DNA of 64,000 bases, taken from Malacoraja senta. Lineage: Eukaryota. The translations under genes and the position numbers were made by a program. This document shows, piece after piece, positions 1-11,819 of the stretch (position 1 is the stretch's first letter; every line of letters starts with the position of its first letter). Below the pieces are notes generated by a model that saw nothing but the letters and a program-made list of their open reading frames with translations, was not told the origin of the DNA and ran no database searches. The stretch covers positions 560,001-624,000 of the forward strand of contig CM075992.1 in assembly GCA_038087875.1 (NCBI GenBank), read 5' to 3'.

Positions 1-330
1 CCGAATGGTGGATACATCCACTAGTGGGAGAGTCTAGGACCAGAGGTCTCAGTCTCAGAATTAAAGGACCTTCCTTTAGGAAGATGAGGAGGTGTTTCTT
101 TCATCAGAGGGTGGTGAATCTGCGGAATTCATCGCCACAGAAGGCTTTGGAGGTCGTCATTAGGTATTTTCTAAAGAGGAGATAGATAGATTCTTGATTA
201 GTACGGGTGTCAGGGGTTATGGGGAGAAGGCAGGAGAATGGGGTTGAGAGGGAAAGATAATTGCATGGCGGAGTAGACTTGATGGGCCGAATGGCCTAAT
301 TCTGCTCCTATCACTTATGGCCTTATGATC
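1..330 (+). mobile_element. Decayed CR1 LINE 3' fragment
   Basis: Similar to the other CR1 3' ends in the window. Confidence 0.8.
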
Positions 331-433
331 TAATGCTAAATCCCAGACATTTGGATAAATCCAAGGGGATTGCATGTTTGAATGTTGGGCCAAATCCCCG
401 TGGGGAAGGCGCAGGTGAGGGAGTTGGCCTTAC

Positions 434-510
434 CTGAGCTGGGTCTTCCTGGGGAGGTTTGCTGCACAACAGGCAGGAATGGCTGCTTGAGGAGGAAGGC
501 AGGAAAATGG
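434..510 (-). CDS. CAMSAP3: CAMSAP3-like exon (S)HFPAFLLKQPFLPVVQQTSPGRPSS (77 nt, phase 2/1); gene continues past the left edge
   Basis: tgtttatttcag| acceptor and CAG|gtaagg donor; open in the expected frame. Confidence 0.78.
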
Positions 511-651
511 CTGAAATAAACAGAGTTTACAATCAATCCGAGTGATTACCATCTGTCACCTGGAGCGGGCAAGCTGGGGAGAGAGAGAGAGAGAGAGAGA
601 GAGATGGACATGATGGGAGCGCGCTCGCTCTGTGTCTGGGCCAGGGACACA

Positions 652-940
652 GGTTTAGAGATACAGCGCGGAAACGGCCCTTCGGCCCACCGAGTCCGTG
701 CCGACCAGCGATCCCCGCACACCAACACTATCCTACACACACTAGGGACAATTTACAAATATACCAAAGCCAATTAACCAACAAAACTGCACGTCTTTGG
801 AATGTGGGAGGAAACTGGAGCACCCGGAGAAAACCCACGCAGGTCACGGGGAGAACGTACAGACTCCACACAGACAGCGCCCGTGGTCAGGATCGAACCC
901 CGGGTCTCCGGCGCTGAGAGGCTGCAACTCTACCGCTGCT
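652..940 (-). mobile_element. HE1-like tRNA-derived SINE
   Basis: B-box GGTTCGATCC, conserved body, 3' tail GGGCCGAAGGGCC; about 25 related copies in the window. Confidence 0.8.
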
Positions 941-1379
941 GGTTTAGAGTTATAGCCACATGCAGACAGAGGAGATCAGTTTAAGTGGGCATCATGTACC
1001 ACACAGTGGGCCGAAGGGCCTCTTCCTGTTCTGCTTATTCCATGTTCTATTTTTACAATTCACAAAGAAAGACTCTGATCTGGTTCCAAGGCAGGCATTG
1101 TACATAGTTCCAGGTTCAAGACGTCAGAATCAAACTTACACGCAATGTTGAGCTCCGCTCAGTAACGCAGGAACGGGGGTGGTGGGGGGGGGGGGTAAGG
1201 GGGCATGTGGGGTGACGGGCTGTGTCTGTCTCAGTGACGAGGCTCTCCACAGCCCCCCATCTACTGTACAACTCCTCACACAGCTGCGTCCACAATAACA
1301 TTGACACAAGGTGTGGACGGGGCCCAGGGAACCCTTAGGAATTTCCCAAAACCAAACATGCTGGCAGAACGAGGACAAG

Positions 1380-1570
1380 AACTCCCCTCCCCCTCCCCTC
1401 CCCCACACACCACCGTATCTTCCCCTCCCCTCACCTTCACAACACCCCCCCCCCCCCCTCTCCCTCCCCACACCCCACCGCTCCTCTCCCCATCCCCCTC
1501 CCTACAAACCTCTCCTCTCCCTTCCCCCTCATCCTCCCTCTCCCGCCACCCCTCCCCACACCCCTCCCCA
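1380..1570. repeat. C-rich low-complexity tract
   Basis: Poly-C and CCCT runs. Confidence 0.85.
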
Positions 1571-1675
1571 GTCAACAACATCTGCGCCCTCTCCCCGGGA
1601 AGCATCCCAGCAGAATTCCCTGCATGTCGGGCCACAACTCAACTCCACTCAAGAACCCAGCGACTGAAGGCTCAC

Positions 1676-1724
1676 CTGCTGCTCTCAGCACCGGTGGGAG
1701 TGTTAGGTCCACTTCCTGGTAGAT
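1676..1724 (-). CDS. CAMSAP3: CAMSAP3-like short exon (D)LPGSGPNTPTGAESS (49 nt, phase 1/2)
   Basis: tctcccttcacag| acceptor and CAG|gtgagc donor; its phases exactly bridge the flanking exons; the peptide itself is poorly conserved. Confidence 0.75.
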
Positions 1725-1750
1725 CTGTGAAGGGAGACAAAGAAAATAGA

Positions 1751-1950
1751 CACAGAGTGCTGGAGTAACTCAGCAGGGTCAGGCAGCATCTGTGGAGAAC
1801 ATGGATAGGTGACGTTTCACAGAGTGCTGGAGTAACTCAGCGGGTCAGGCAGCATCTGTGGAGAACATGGATAGGTGACGTTTCACAGAGTGCTGGAGTA
1901 ACTCAGCGGGTCAGGCAGCATCTGTGGAGAACATGGATAGGCGACGTTTC
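1751..1950. repeat. Three copies of a 66-bp tandem unit from the Penelope-associated element
   Basis: Unit CACAGAGTGCTGGAGTAACTCAGCGGGTCAGGCAGCATCTGTGGAGAACATGGATAGGTGACGTTT. Confidence 0.9.
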
Positions 1951-2255
1951 AGGTCTGGATAGAGTGGATGTGGAGAGGATGTTTCTACTAGTGGGAGAGT
2001 CTAAGACCAGAGGCCACAGCCTCAGAATTGAAGGACTTTCCTTTAGGACGGAGATGAGGAGGAATTCCTTGAGTCAGAGGGTGGTGAATCTGGAATTCAT
2101 CACCACGGAAGGCTGTGGAGGCCAAGTCAATGGATATTTTCTATCAGCCTGTAATCCCTACTGGACCACTTCACCTCCGTACATCTCCTCCTTGCCCTGA
2201 AGCTGGGCTGGAATTCCAACCGGTTACCAGGACAACCATCTACACCATCACCTAC

Positions 2256-2349
2256 CTTCCAGATTGGGACCTTCTCTCGGACGCACAAACTCGGGCTTCA
2301 GAATTTCAAACCACCAGAAGAGCTCAGCCACAAACACCAAGATGTTAAT
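2256..2349 (-). CDS. CAMSAP3: CAMSAP3-like exon INILVFVAELFWWFEILKPEFVRPREGPNLE (94 nt, phase 0/1), end of CH domain
   Basis: cttccacag| acceptor and AAG|gtaggt donor; carries the AELFWWFE.KP.FV motif. Confidence 0.93.
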
Positions 2350-2939
2350 CTGTGGAAGAAGAGAGATACATGCAGGCATCAGTCCAAGCCTACTGATTGA
2401 ATCACAGCACCAGTTCATGGGTTCCAGGAGCTTCCCCAAACAACAATCATCCATTCTACATTTCCTTTGGACTTTGGCCCTTTGATCTCTCGTTTTTCAC
2501 ACCTTACCCTTCCATATCTCTATGTCTCCCTGACTCTCAGTCTGAAGAGGGTCTCGACCCAAAACGTCACCCATTACTTCTCACCAGAGATGCTGCCTGT
2601 CCCGCTGAGTTACTCCCAGCACTTTGTGTCTATCTTTAAAAAGTATGTCTGAGAGGCATAGAGGTCAGAGAGAGAGTTTCAAGCCCAATTAAAGACAATC
2701 TGTATAAACAACCTGGTCCACGTTGTAAATTATCTAAACCTAACCCACTGTTATTTAAAACATTTTGTGAGACTTGAGGTGATAAAATGATTACATGAGC
2801 AGCTGGTCCACGTTTTGTGTCAGTAAGTTTACAGCTCTCTCTCACATTACAAAGAGGCAGGAAGTGAAGAGAATTATCAGGCTGCAAGTTAGGTGAGAAC
2901 AAAGCCCGCTGAGCCTCCCCGTGCTAGGGCAAGCCGACA

Positions 2940-3055
2940 AGCAGTGTACATCAATGTGGACTATTGACTGGTCCAGGTACGCTGAGGCCCTGTACAAGAA
3001 GGGGCAGAGCCGCCAGTACTTTTTGAGAAGGTTCCGCTCCATCCACGTCTGCACT
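2940..3055 (+). mobile_element. Short LINE RT fragment (Rex-type)
   Basis: DWSRYAEALYKKGQSRQYFLRRFRS. Confidence 0.6.
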
Positions 3056-3086
3056 CGTCACTTTAACTTCATGTTAAAGTGACGAG

Positions 3087-3447
3087 TGGGGTTGGACAGG
3101 CTAGATGCAGGAAGATTGTTCCCGATGTTGGGGAAGTCCAGGACAAGGGTCACAGCTTAAGGATAAGGGGGAAATCCTTTAAGACCGAGATGAGGAAAAA
3201 CGTTTTCACACAGAGAGTGGTGAATCTCTGGAACTCTCTGCCACAGAGGGTAGTTGAGGCCAGTTCATTGGCTATATTTAAGAGGGAGTTAGATGTGGCC
3301 CTTGTGGCTAAAGGGATCAGGGGGTATGGAGAGAAGGCAGGTACGGGATACTGAGTTGGATGATCAGCCATGATCATATTCAATGGCGGTGCAGGCTCGA
3401 AGGGCCGAATGGCCTACTCCTGCACCTATTTTCTATGTTTCTATGTT
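3087..3447 (+). mobile_element. CR1 LINE 3' fragment
   Basis: Near-identical to the 3' part of the 55825 copy. Confidence 0.9.
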
Positions 3448-3967
3448 TCATGTATTTTGTGTTTCATGACCGTTGGCTGATCAATTTCCCTCCTGGGATC
3501 AATAAGGTTCTATCGTATCGTGTCGTATCGTATCGACTAGACGCCTCAAGGAGAGGGTGTCTCAGGACAAATGTTTATAGACAGCAAAGATTTAGAGATA
3601 TATGAGCCAATTCGACCAGCTGAGGTGGGATATCTTGGTCACATGGACTTGGTCGAATGGCCCCATTTTAGATTGGTTTAGAGATACAGTGCTGAGACAG
3701 GCCCTTCGGCCCATCGAGTACAAGCCGACCAGCGATCCCCACACACTAACAATATCCTACATTAGGATCAGCCATGATGGAATAGCAGAGTAGAATCGAC
3801 AAGACCATTAGACATAAGAGCTGAATGAGGCCATTCGGCCCATTGAGTCTATCCCTCCATTCAACCATGGCTGAACTATTTTTTTCCCTCTAAACCCCAT
3901 TCTCCTGCCTTCTCCCCATAACCATTGACAACCTTACTAATCAAGAACCTATCAATCTCTGCTATAA

Positions 3968-4152
3968 AAAGTACCCAATGACTTGGCCAAAATACCCAAT
4001 GACAAAGAAAATACTCAATGACTTAATGAAAATACTCAACGCCGATGAAAATACTCAATGACTTGATGAAAATACTCAATGATGAAAATACTCAATTGCT
4101 TGATGAAAATACTCAATGATCTTGGCAAAAATACTCAAAGATTTGGCCAAAT
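3968..4152. repeat. 18-21-bp minisatellite AAAATACTCAATGACTTGATG
   Basis: About 9 degenerate units, grown from the end of a CR1 fragment. Confidence 0.85.
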
Positions 4153-4243
4153 GACCTAATCTTGCCCCTGTATGTTACAATCCTATGACCAAGCTCCATG
4201 CGTCACCAATGGCTATGCTGCCCTGTGTAAAATCAGCCTTTAC

Positions 4244-4383
4244 CTTTAGGAGGGGCGGGGTGTAGAGCATGTCTTCCAGCCCCAGGTGGCAGCAACTGCC
4301 CAGATACTCCTGGCTGAAGTCCACAACCAGCTGCAGGTTGTAGAGGCTGTCTGCCACCGACATGGTCTCCTTCAGACAGATAT
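4244..4383 (-). CDS. CAMSAP3: CAMSAP3-like exon (D)ICLKETMSVADSLYNLQLV...EDMLYTPPLLK (140 nt, phase 1/0), CH domain
   Basis: tctccag| acceptor and AAG|gtaaag donor; carries the CAMSAP motif MSxADSLYNLQL. Confidence 0.95.
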
Positions 4384-5297
4384 CTGGAGAAAGAGTGGAG
4401 AGAATGAGAAAGGGGAAAGGAGAGGACAAACTGAAAGAACAGTCATCACGAACACCAACCCGGCCCACAGTGAACGGACGCCCATCTGAGACACAACTTG
4501 GAGATGAATAGTAGAATCAAGGAACCGCAGATGGTGGTTAATACACAAAAAGGACACAGAGTGCTGGAGTAACTCAGCGGGTCAGGCAGCATCTGTGGAG
4601 AACATGGATAGGTGACGTTTCAGGCTGCTCTCCACGCATGGGATCGGAGCAGAACGCAGCTTACACCATGCCATGAATTCTTGGCCCCCTGTCACACTGA
4701 GATACTGGCCATTGGAGTTCTCCTGAGAGATGATCCACACACTCACTATTCGTTACTTTCCTCACCCAATGTGAAAACCTCACCCCATTTAGTTTGCTTT
4801 GCTTTGGTTAGGTTTGGTTTAGTTTAGAGATACAGCATGGAAACAGGCCCTTCGGCCCCACCAGGTCGGCAGCGACCATCGATCACCCATTCACACTAGT
4901 TCCACGTTATCCCACTTTCTCATCCACTCCCTACACACTAGGGGCAATTTACAGAGGGCTGATTAACCTACAAACCCGCACGTCTTTGGGAAGTGGGTGG
5001 AAACCGGAAACCCATGCAGTCACTCATGGCTAAGGGGATCAGGGGATATGGAGAGAAGGCAGGTACGGGATACTGAGTTGGATGATCAGCCATGATCATA
5101 TTGAATGGTGGTGCAGGCTCGAAGGGCCGAATGGCCTACTCCTGCACCTATTTTCTATGTATCTATGTATCTATGTCACGTTTAGTTTTGTTTATTGTCA
5201 CAGCGAAAAGCTTCTGTTACTGCTAGCCAGCGGAAAGGCAATACATGCCCAAGCGAAATATGAGATGCTGTTCCTCCAATTTGTGTTATGAATATGC

Positions 5298-5609
5298 TGC
5301 TGGCCTTGCCGAGGCAGCATGAGGTGTAGATGGAGTGGATGGAAGGGAGGTTGGTTTGTGCGATGGCCTTGCCGAGGCAACATGAGGTGTAGATGGAGTG
5401 GATGGAAGGGAGGTTGGTTTGTGCGATGGCCTTGCCGAGGCAGCATGAGGTGTAGATGGAGTGGATGGAAGGGAGGTTGGTTTGTGCGATGGCCTTGCCG
5501 AGGCAACATGAGGTGTAGATGGAGTGGATGGAAGGGAGGTTGGTCTGGGCTGCTGGCCTTGCCGAGGCAGCATGAGGTGTAGATGGAGTGGATGGAAGGG
5601 AGGTTGGTC
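5298..5609. repeat. Five copies of a 63-bp minisatellite
   Basis: Units start at 5301, 5364, 5427, 5490 and 5554. Confidence 0.92.
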
Positions 5610-5630
5610 AGTAACGTCAGAGTCACTCAC

Positions 5631-5769
5631 CTTGCAGCCGAAGCACCTCTGGGCAGTAGTGGTGGATCAGGGCTGCCACAGCACAACCATTGGCTAGGTC
5701 CTTCAGCTGTGTCACCGAGGGGAAGCAGGGAGTCTGCTTGCTCAGCACTTTATCCTTCCTGTAACGAAT
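5631..5769 (-). CDS. CAMSAP3: CAMSAP3-like exon IRYRKDKVLSKQTPCFPSVT...HHYCPEVLRLQ (139 nt, phase 0/1), start of CH domain
   Basis: ctaaccag| acceptor and G|gtgagt donor; the RYRKD..PCFP.VT...YCP..LRL pattern is CAMSAP3-type. Confidence 0.93.
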
Positions 5770-6274
5770 CTGGTTAGAAGGGAGACACAATCTCAGCTTT
5801 GGAAACAGACTGGGTGAGTTTGAGTGTGGTGGTGGGGCTCGAGAGGGATTGATATAACCACTAGTACTGTTTAACTTCACAAGTAACCAACCCAACTAGC
5901 ACTACTTTGACAAGCTGAAGACCAAGTGCCCAATAATTACCACTCTGGTACAAATGTGCCTGAATTAAATGGGCCCACCACATATTCTGTCCTAATCTAT
6001 TAATTCACTGCAGAGATCAACTCCTCGTCAAAGCCCACGGACACCCTGGTTAATTTTGTCCCAGGCATTCTCCCAGGTCCATCAATCACTGGGAGTTGGC
6101 CTCTCTAACAAAGATCTGTAACACGAGCCACACAACTGGCTTCCTGCTTAAGTTAGAAATTGCCATTGGAGCAACTTAACACCTGCTGGTGAAGCCAAGA
6201 GATTCTACTGCACAAGGGGGCCCGCTACATAACCTGAAGGTGGTGGTACGGTGAGCGCACGCCACCGCGCGCTG

Positions 6275-6474
6275 NNNNNNNNNNNNNNNNNNNNNNNNNN
6301 NNNNNNNNNNNNNNNNNNNNNNNNNNNNNNNNNNNNNNNNNNNNNNNNNNNNNNNNNNNNNNNNNNNNNNNNNNNNNNNNNNNNNNNNNNNNNNNNNNNN
6401 NNNNNNNNNNNNNNNNNNNNNNNNNNNNNNNNNNNNNNNNNNNNNNNNNNNNNNNNNNNNNNNNNNNNNNNNNN
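6275..6474. other. Assembly gap (200 N)
   Basis: Run of N. Confidence 0.99.
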
Positions 6475-7067
6475 TGTTGCATATCCTTTGCATGCAATGA
6501 CTGCTTGAAGTCTGCGATTCATGGACATCACCAGTTGCTGGGTGTCTTCTCTGTGATGCTCTGCCAGGCCTGTATTGCAGGCATCTTTAGCTTATGCTTG
6601 TTTTTGGGGCTAGTCCTCTTCAGTTTTCTCCAGCATATAAAAGGCATGCCAGGTGGGTTCAGATCGGGTGATTGACTTGGCCACTCAAGAATTGATCTTT
6701 TTTTAGCTTTGAATAACTCCTTTGTTGCTTTAGCAGTATGTTTGAAGATTGGAAAGACTGGAGGAAAGACTAGGTGCTGAGAGCTCTCTTATACCTGCAT
6801 TAAGGAGGCATTTAAACACACCTGGGAAATTACAAACACCTGTGAAGCCATGTGTCCCAAACATTATGGTGCTTGGCTGAAATGGGGGGACTATGTATAA
6901 ACACAGCTGTAATTTCTACATGGTGAAACCAAAATGTATGAAAAAGATATTTATTATAATCTGACAATGTGCACTTTAACCACATGTGATTTTTTCTATT
7001 ACAAATCTCAAATTGAGGCAAATAAATAAATGATGGGTCTTTGTCCCAAACATTATGGAGGGCACTG
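6475..7067 (-). mobile_element. Internally deleted Tc1-family DNA transposon (IR/DR type), cut off by the gap
   Basis: Decayed transposase C-terminus on the minus strand (KHTAKATKE, WPSQSPDLNP, MNRRLQAVIACKGYAT); terminus TA|CAGTGCCCTCCATAATGTTTGGGAC; inner direct repeat GTCCCAAACATTATGG at 6854 and 7043. Confidence 0.88.
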
Positions 7068-7201
7068 TACATCGGCTCAATACAATTCAGTTCGTCAAAA
7101 CTGGCTCCTTTCTCAAAACAAAAAGGTAAAAGGGGCAGGAATTTAGGGGGGGAGAGGATTGAAGGGGTTAGATGCAGTAAATGTTTAGAGGAAGAACTCA
7201 C

Positions 7202-7234
7202 AGGAACTAGCTTCCAATACCACTTGGTGGGGCA
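7202..7234 (-). CDS. CAMSAP3: 33-nt cassette microexon CPTKWYWKLVP
   Basis: Long polypyrimidine tract then catcag| acceptor; CCT|gtgagt donor; frame-preserving; WYWKLVP is the alternatively spliced CAMSAP insert. Confidence 0.88.
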
Positions 7235-7838
7235 CTGATGAGGTCAGTGTGTCACAGGGCAGAGAGAGACCAAAGGGCAAGGGGGCAAAGAGGGAAGAAA
7301 AAAGGGGGAAGAAAGAGAAGAATGTGAATTCACAAGTGCTTCAGACTTGCACGAATACAAGAAATATTGAATACATGTTAAATATTTCTGACAAATTCAA
7401 AGCTTAAAAAAAAACACAAGGTAGGCAGAAGATTCAGATTTCAATGCACAAACTTTCCTGTGTCCCCTTAAAGTTATGAAAAAATGCTGTAATTTTGCCC
7501 CTCAGAAATAAAAGTCCAAGTCAGAGATACACAAGTTAATGGCAACACAGGTTAAGAGGATACTGTGGCATTTCTGCCAACTTTACTGGCATACATAGCA
7601 TTCACATTCCTGGACTATTGACGGAGCTGTGGGCTTGTATTCAAAGTGAAGTGATAAAAATGTAGAATAAAATATAACAAAATTAGTCTCAGTGAGGGCA
7701 GCAAATGAATCTGCAATATTGAACAGGCCCTTTGACTCACAATGTCCATGCCGAACATGATGCATATCTTTCCATTCCCTGTGTATCCATGCACCTATCT
7801 AAAAGCCTCTTAAACACCACTATCATATCCGCATCTAG

Positions 7839-8150
7839 CTTTTTTTTAAATTTCAAAATAGACTTTATTCGAGAAATAAATATATACAATACATGATCCT
7901 TACAAAACTCCATCCGACATTCTACTATACAATACAGTCTCCCCAAATCACAATTTTACCCCACACCCTTGCCTCTCATGTGGCCCACTGCCGTGGAATC
8001 CCTCCCCTTATTTTGAGGGGCGTCTCCACCACACCCTGCCCCCCATGTCCAGCAGCGGAAGGAACCTAGACTGTGGTTCTTCCCCCACCGAGCCTTGGCG
8101 TTGGGTGCACAGAGCTTCAGTGTGTCTAACACCAGCTCGGCCAGGCGCTC
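7839..8150 (-). mobile_element. L1/Tx1-like LINE 3' end inserted in a CR1 fragment
   Basis: ORF end LKLCAPNAKARWGK, then AATAAA and an A-rich tail on the minus strand. Confidence 0.5.
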
Positions 8151-9088
8151 CACCACTGTAAAAAACAACTTGTCCTACAAATCTCCTTCAACTTTGCTCC
8201 TCCCACTTTAAAGATATGCCCTCCTATCTTTGACATTTCTGCCCTGGGAAAACAATTCTGGCTATCTACCCTATCCCTCTCTTAATTTTATATATTTTTT
8301 ATCAGGTCTTCAGCCTCCGGTGCTCCATAGAAACCAATCCAACCTCTCCTTGAAGGCCCTAAACCAGGCAGCATTTTGGTAAACATCTTCTGAACCCTTT
8401 CCAAAGTCTCCACACCCTTCCCGTAATGGAGTGAGCAGAATTAATCGCAATACTCCAAATGCAACCAAACCAAAGTCTTTATAAAGCTGCATCATGGCTT
8501 CCTGACTCTTATACGCAGTGCTCTAACCGATGAAGGCAAACATACCGTACCACAAGCAGAACATTGGAAATGGTCCTTAAGTGGAAGCACTGACTGATCG
8601 GATGTTTTCTGTGTAACAATGGCAGCCACTCAGAGCCAACACATGTGGCGGACAGTGAAAGCAGTGCTGGCAAAAGGTCTCTAAAACCACCCAAGTCTCC
8701 ATGTTCCACTGGGCCAAGCCATATCCCTCCCCACGCTGACATGAAACTGCTTGCAACCTGAAGCCATCACTGAAAACCAAAACCCGACAAACTTCATTGG
8801 CCCATCCTATAAAAATTGATCAGAGAATTACTGAAGAGACAGACAATTGGGGTTCCTTGGGGGGGGGGTGGGTAGAATGGGGAAAGGATGTCACAAGTTA
8901 TCTGGAGAAAGATGGAAAGCAACTTTGATGGGAAGCGAGGTTCCTGATCCTATTCAGGTGCGATATTAAGATACAAGGACAGGTAGATACAAAAGCTGGA
9001 GTAACTTAGCGGGTCAGACAGCATCTCTGGAGAAAACAAATGCATGACCCGCTGAGTTACTCCAACTTTCTGTGTCTATCTTTGCTTT

Positions 9089-9380
9089 ACAGTGCGGAAA
9101 CAGGCCCTTCGGCCCTCTGGGTCCGTGCCGACCAGCGATCCCCGCACACTAACACTATCCGACACACACTAGGGATAATTTTACATTCATACCAAGCCAA
9201 TTAACCTACAAACCTGTACGTCTTTGGAGTGTGGGAAGAAACCAAAGATCTCGGAGAAAATGCACGCAGGTCACATGGATAACGTACAAACTCCGTACAG
9301 ACAGCACCCGTAGTCAGGATTGAACCCGGGACTCTGGCGCTGTAAAGCAGTGGCTCTACCGTTACGCCACCGTGCTACCC
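9089..9380 (-). mobile_element. HE1-like SINE
   Basis: A and B boxes plus family body. Confidence 0.8.
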
Positions 9381-10003
9381 AGAAAAGAAAAATCAGCCAT
9401 GTGCTGGCTTTGATCTGTGGCAGACCGATCTCTGCATTGTCCAAACAAGGAGCTGGGCTGATCAATCTAGTCAAAAGGTAGAGAGAGCCTACATGGACAG
9501 TGAAGAGTGTTTCTTACAAAACTCGAATGGGAAAGCATCACAAATTGCAAGTTTAATATGAGAACTTAACAGAAGGCTTGCGTGGTGCGTTACTTCACAA
9601 ATGTATCAGGTATGATATCAGTCTGTAAACATCTGCAATCTTCATTCTAACGTCTTGAACACCAAATCTCCTTGAAGTGATGATTGTAACGCTTCATTTA
9701 TCCCTCATCTCTCTTCTTCAAAGCCTTTAATTCTCCATTGGCAGAGCTACAGTAAGTTCAAGCCTCAGTCACTTCACCACACTCTGGTGACCCGGGTCAC
9801 CTGCCCCTGAATTATAGGCTCTTGCCCCACCCAACACCAAATAACAAGAGTCAAAATGTCAAACGGGAGGGAGGAGATGGAAGGAGGGGTTAAACAAAGG
9901 CAGAAAGCGGCCCGAGAAACATTACTCATAGTTCAAAGCGCTGAGTTCTAATGTCTTAAGCAGCTGGTGTCATGGTTCAACCATTCGGTACTGGAACACT
10001 CAC

Positions 10004-10087
10004 CCCTTGGCTGTTTGGACTATCCGCGCCTGGCTGCTGCCTCCGTTGGTGCAGGCGCTCGGAAACCTCCTTCAGCTTCTGGTTTAT
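10004..10087 (-). CDS. CAMSAP3: CAMSAP3-like exon INQKLKEVSERLHQRRQQPGADSPNSQG (84 nt, phase 0/0)
   Basis: Pyrimidine tract then tacag| acceptor; GGG|gtgagt donor; in frame with both neighbours; resembles the linker that follows WVDK in CAMSAPs. Confidence 0.85.
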
Positions 10088-10259
10088 CTGTAGTATGGGG
10101 GGGGAGAAGTCAAATAAGATGGGTTGGGGGGGGGGAGGGGGGGAGGGGAGGAGGGGAACAGTGGGAGAGAAATGAACAAAAAAATCTACCTTAGTTAGAT
10201 CTCATCAGATTCTCAATAACCTTCCATTCTTCAACGCACTCAAGGACCAATCTCACCAA

Positions 10260-10600
10260 CTCCCTCTTCCCCCCTCTCCCATCGGGCAAGAGGTACAGAA
10301 GTGTGAAAACGCACACCTCCAGATTCAGAGACAGTTTCTTCCCGGCTGTTATCAGGCAACTGAACCATCCTATCACCAACTAGAGAGCGGTCCTGACCTC
10401 CCATCTACCTCATTGGAGACCCTCGGACTATCTTTAATCAGACTTTATCTAGCATTGAATGTTATTCCCTTTATCCTGTATCTGTACACTGTGGATGGCT
10501 CGATTGTAATCATCTAGTCTTTTCGGTGACTGGATAACACGCAACAAAAAAGCTTTTTTCTGTACCTCGGAACAGGCGACAATGATAAACTCAACTAATC
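10260..10600 (+). mobile_element. Rex/Babar-type LINE 3' fragment
   Basis: SLFPPLPSGKRYRSVKTHTSRFRDSFFPAVIRQLN; the 3' UTR is shared with copies near 14360, 33270 and 49880. Confidence 0.75.
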
Positions 10601-10776
10601 TAATCTCTCACACCCATGAATATTTTGTCACCAAGTCAAACAGGACGGAGGCAGGTTTTTCGGCCCAACTCGTCCATGCTGAGCCAGTCCCACGTGTCTG
10701 CATTTGGCCCATTTCCCTCTTAATCTGTTCTATCCATAAACCTGCAAAATGTCTCGTAAACATTGTAATTTATTGC

Positions 10777-11228
10777 GTCACCACCTATCCATGTTCTCCA
10801 GAGATGCTGCCTGACCCGCTGAGTTACTCCAGCACTCTGTGAAACGTCACCTATCCATGTTCTCCACAGATGCTGCCTGACCCGCTGAGTTACTCCAGCA
10901 CTCTGCGAAACGTCACCTATCCATGTTCTCCACAGATGCTGCCTGACCCGCTGAGTTACTCCAGCACTCTGTGAAACGTCACCTATCCATGTTCCGGCAG
11001 CATCTATGGAGCGAAGGAAATAGGCAACGTTTCGGCCCGAACCCCTTTCGGGTTTCGGCCCGAAACGTTGCCTATTTCCTTCAGGGTTTCAGCCCGAAAG
11101 ATTGCCCATTTCCTTCGCTCCACAGATGCTGCCTGACCCGCTGAGTTACTCCAGCACTCTCTGTGAAACGTCACCTATCCATGTTCTCCACAGATGCTGC
11201 CTGACCCGCTGAGTTACTCCAGCACTCT
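10777..11228. repeat. 66-bp array with an internal inverted junction (composite copy 1)
   Basis: Reverse complement of the 66-bp unit, interrupted at about 10995-11120. Confidence 0.9.
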
Positions 11229-11356
11229 ATGTCTTTTATTACTACATCACTTTTATTACTCAAGCACTTTGTGTCCTTTTGTGCAAAACTTTTTCACTGC
11301 CCCTCGGTGGTCCACATAACACCAATAAACCCAGACGCAGCGTTGTGAGTCGTTAC

Positions 11357-11518
11357 CTTGTCTACCCAGAGAAGCAGCCTGAATTCGGCCCCGGCTGCCA
11401 CTTGCTTCGATGGGCTGAGGTTGGCCATCTCCTCCGTGGCAGCGGCCACCGCTGTGCCACTCAGCGTTTCCAACATGTAGGCAGTCATGAGGGCATCGAT
11501 AACAGACAGGTGGGCACC
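11357..11518 (-). CDS. CAMSAP3: CAMSAP3-like coding exon GAHLSVIDALMTAYMLE...RLLLWVDK (162 nt, phase 0/0); most 5' exon found
   Basis: cacag|GGT acceptor and AAG|gtaacg donor; the peptide resembles the CAMSAP 'AHLxxIDALM...LLxWVD' segment as recalled from family knowledge. Confidence 0.9.
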
Positions 11519-11819
11519 CTGTGGGCAGAAAACCCAGTCAGTCCCCTCAAATCCACTAAAGCATTGCCCTGTGTTACGGCATACATCCGTACCACCAACC
11601 AACACCTCTAAGCATTGGCACATTTTTAATGATATATCATATTAACAATATATTTACATTTTAACATGCGTTGAATTTATACTTTTTAGTTGGCTTATTG
11701 GTTGGTTTCTTGAGAAACAGACTTGGGCGTTATTAGGAAAGTTATCTATCACTTGGACAGGTACATGGATAGGAAATGTCTGCAGGGATATGGGCCAAAC
11801 ATGATGCACAGTTCACAAG

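Noticed and set aside
550..573. 24-nt frame-preserving exon-like segment (LPAPGDR) after a (CT)n tract on the minus strand
   Set aside because: It would leave a 39-nt intron before the 434-510 exon, which is too short, and read-through hits TAA.
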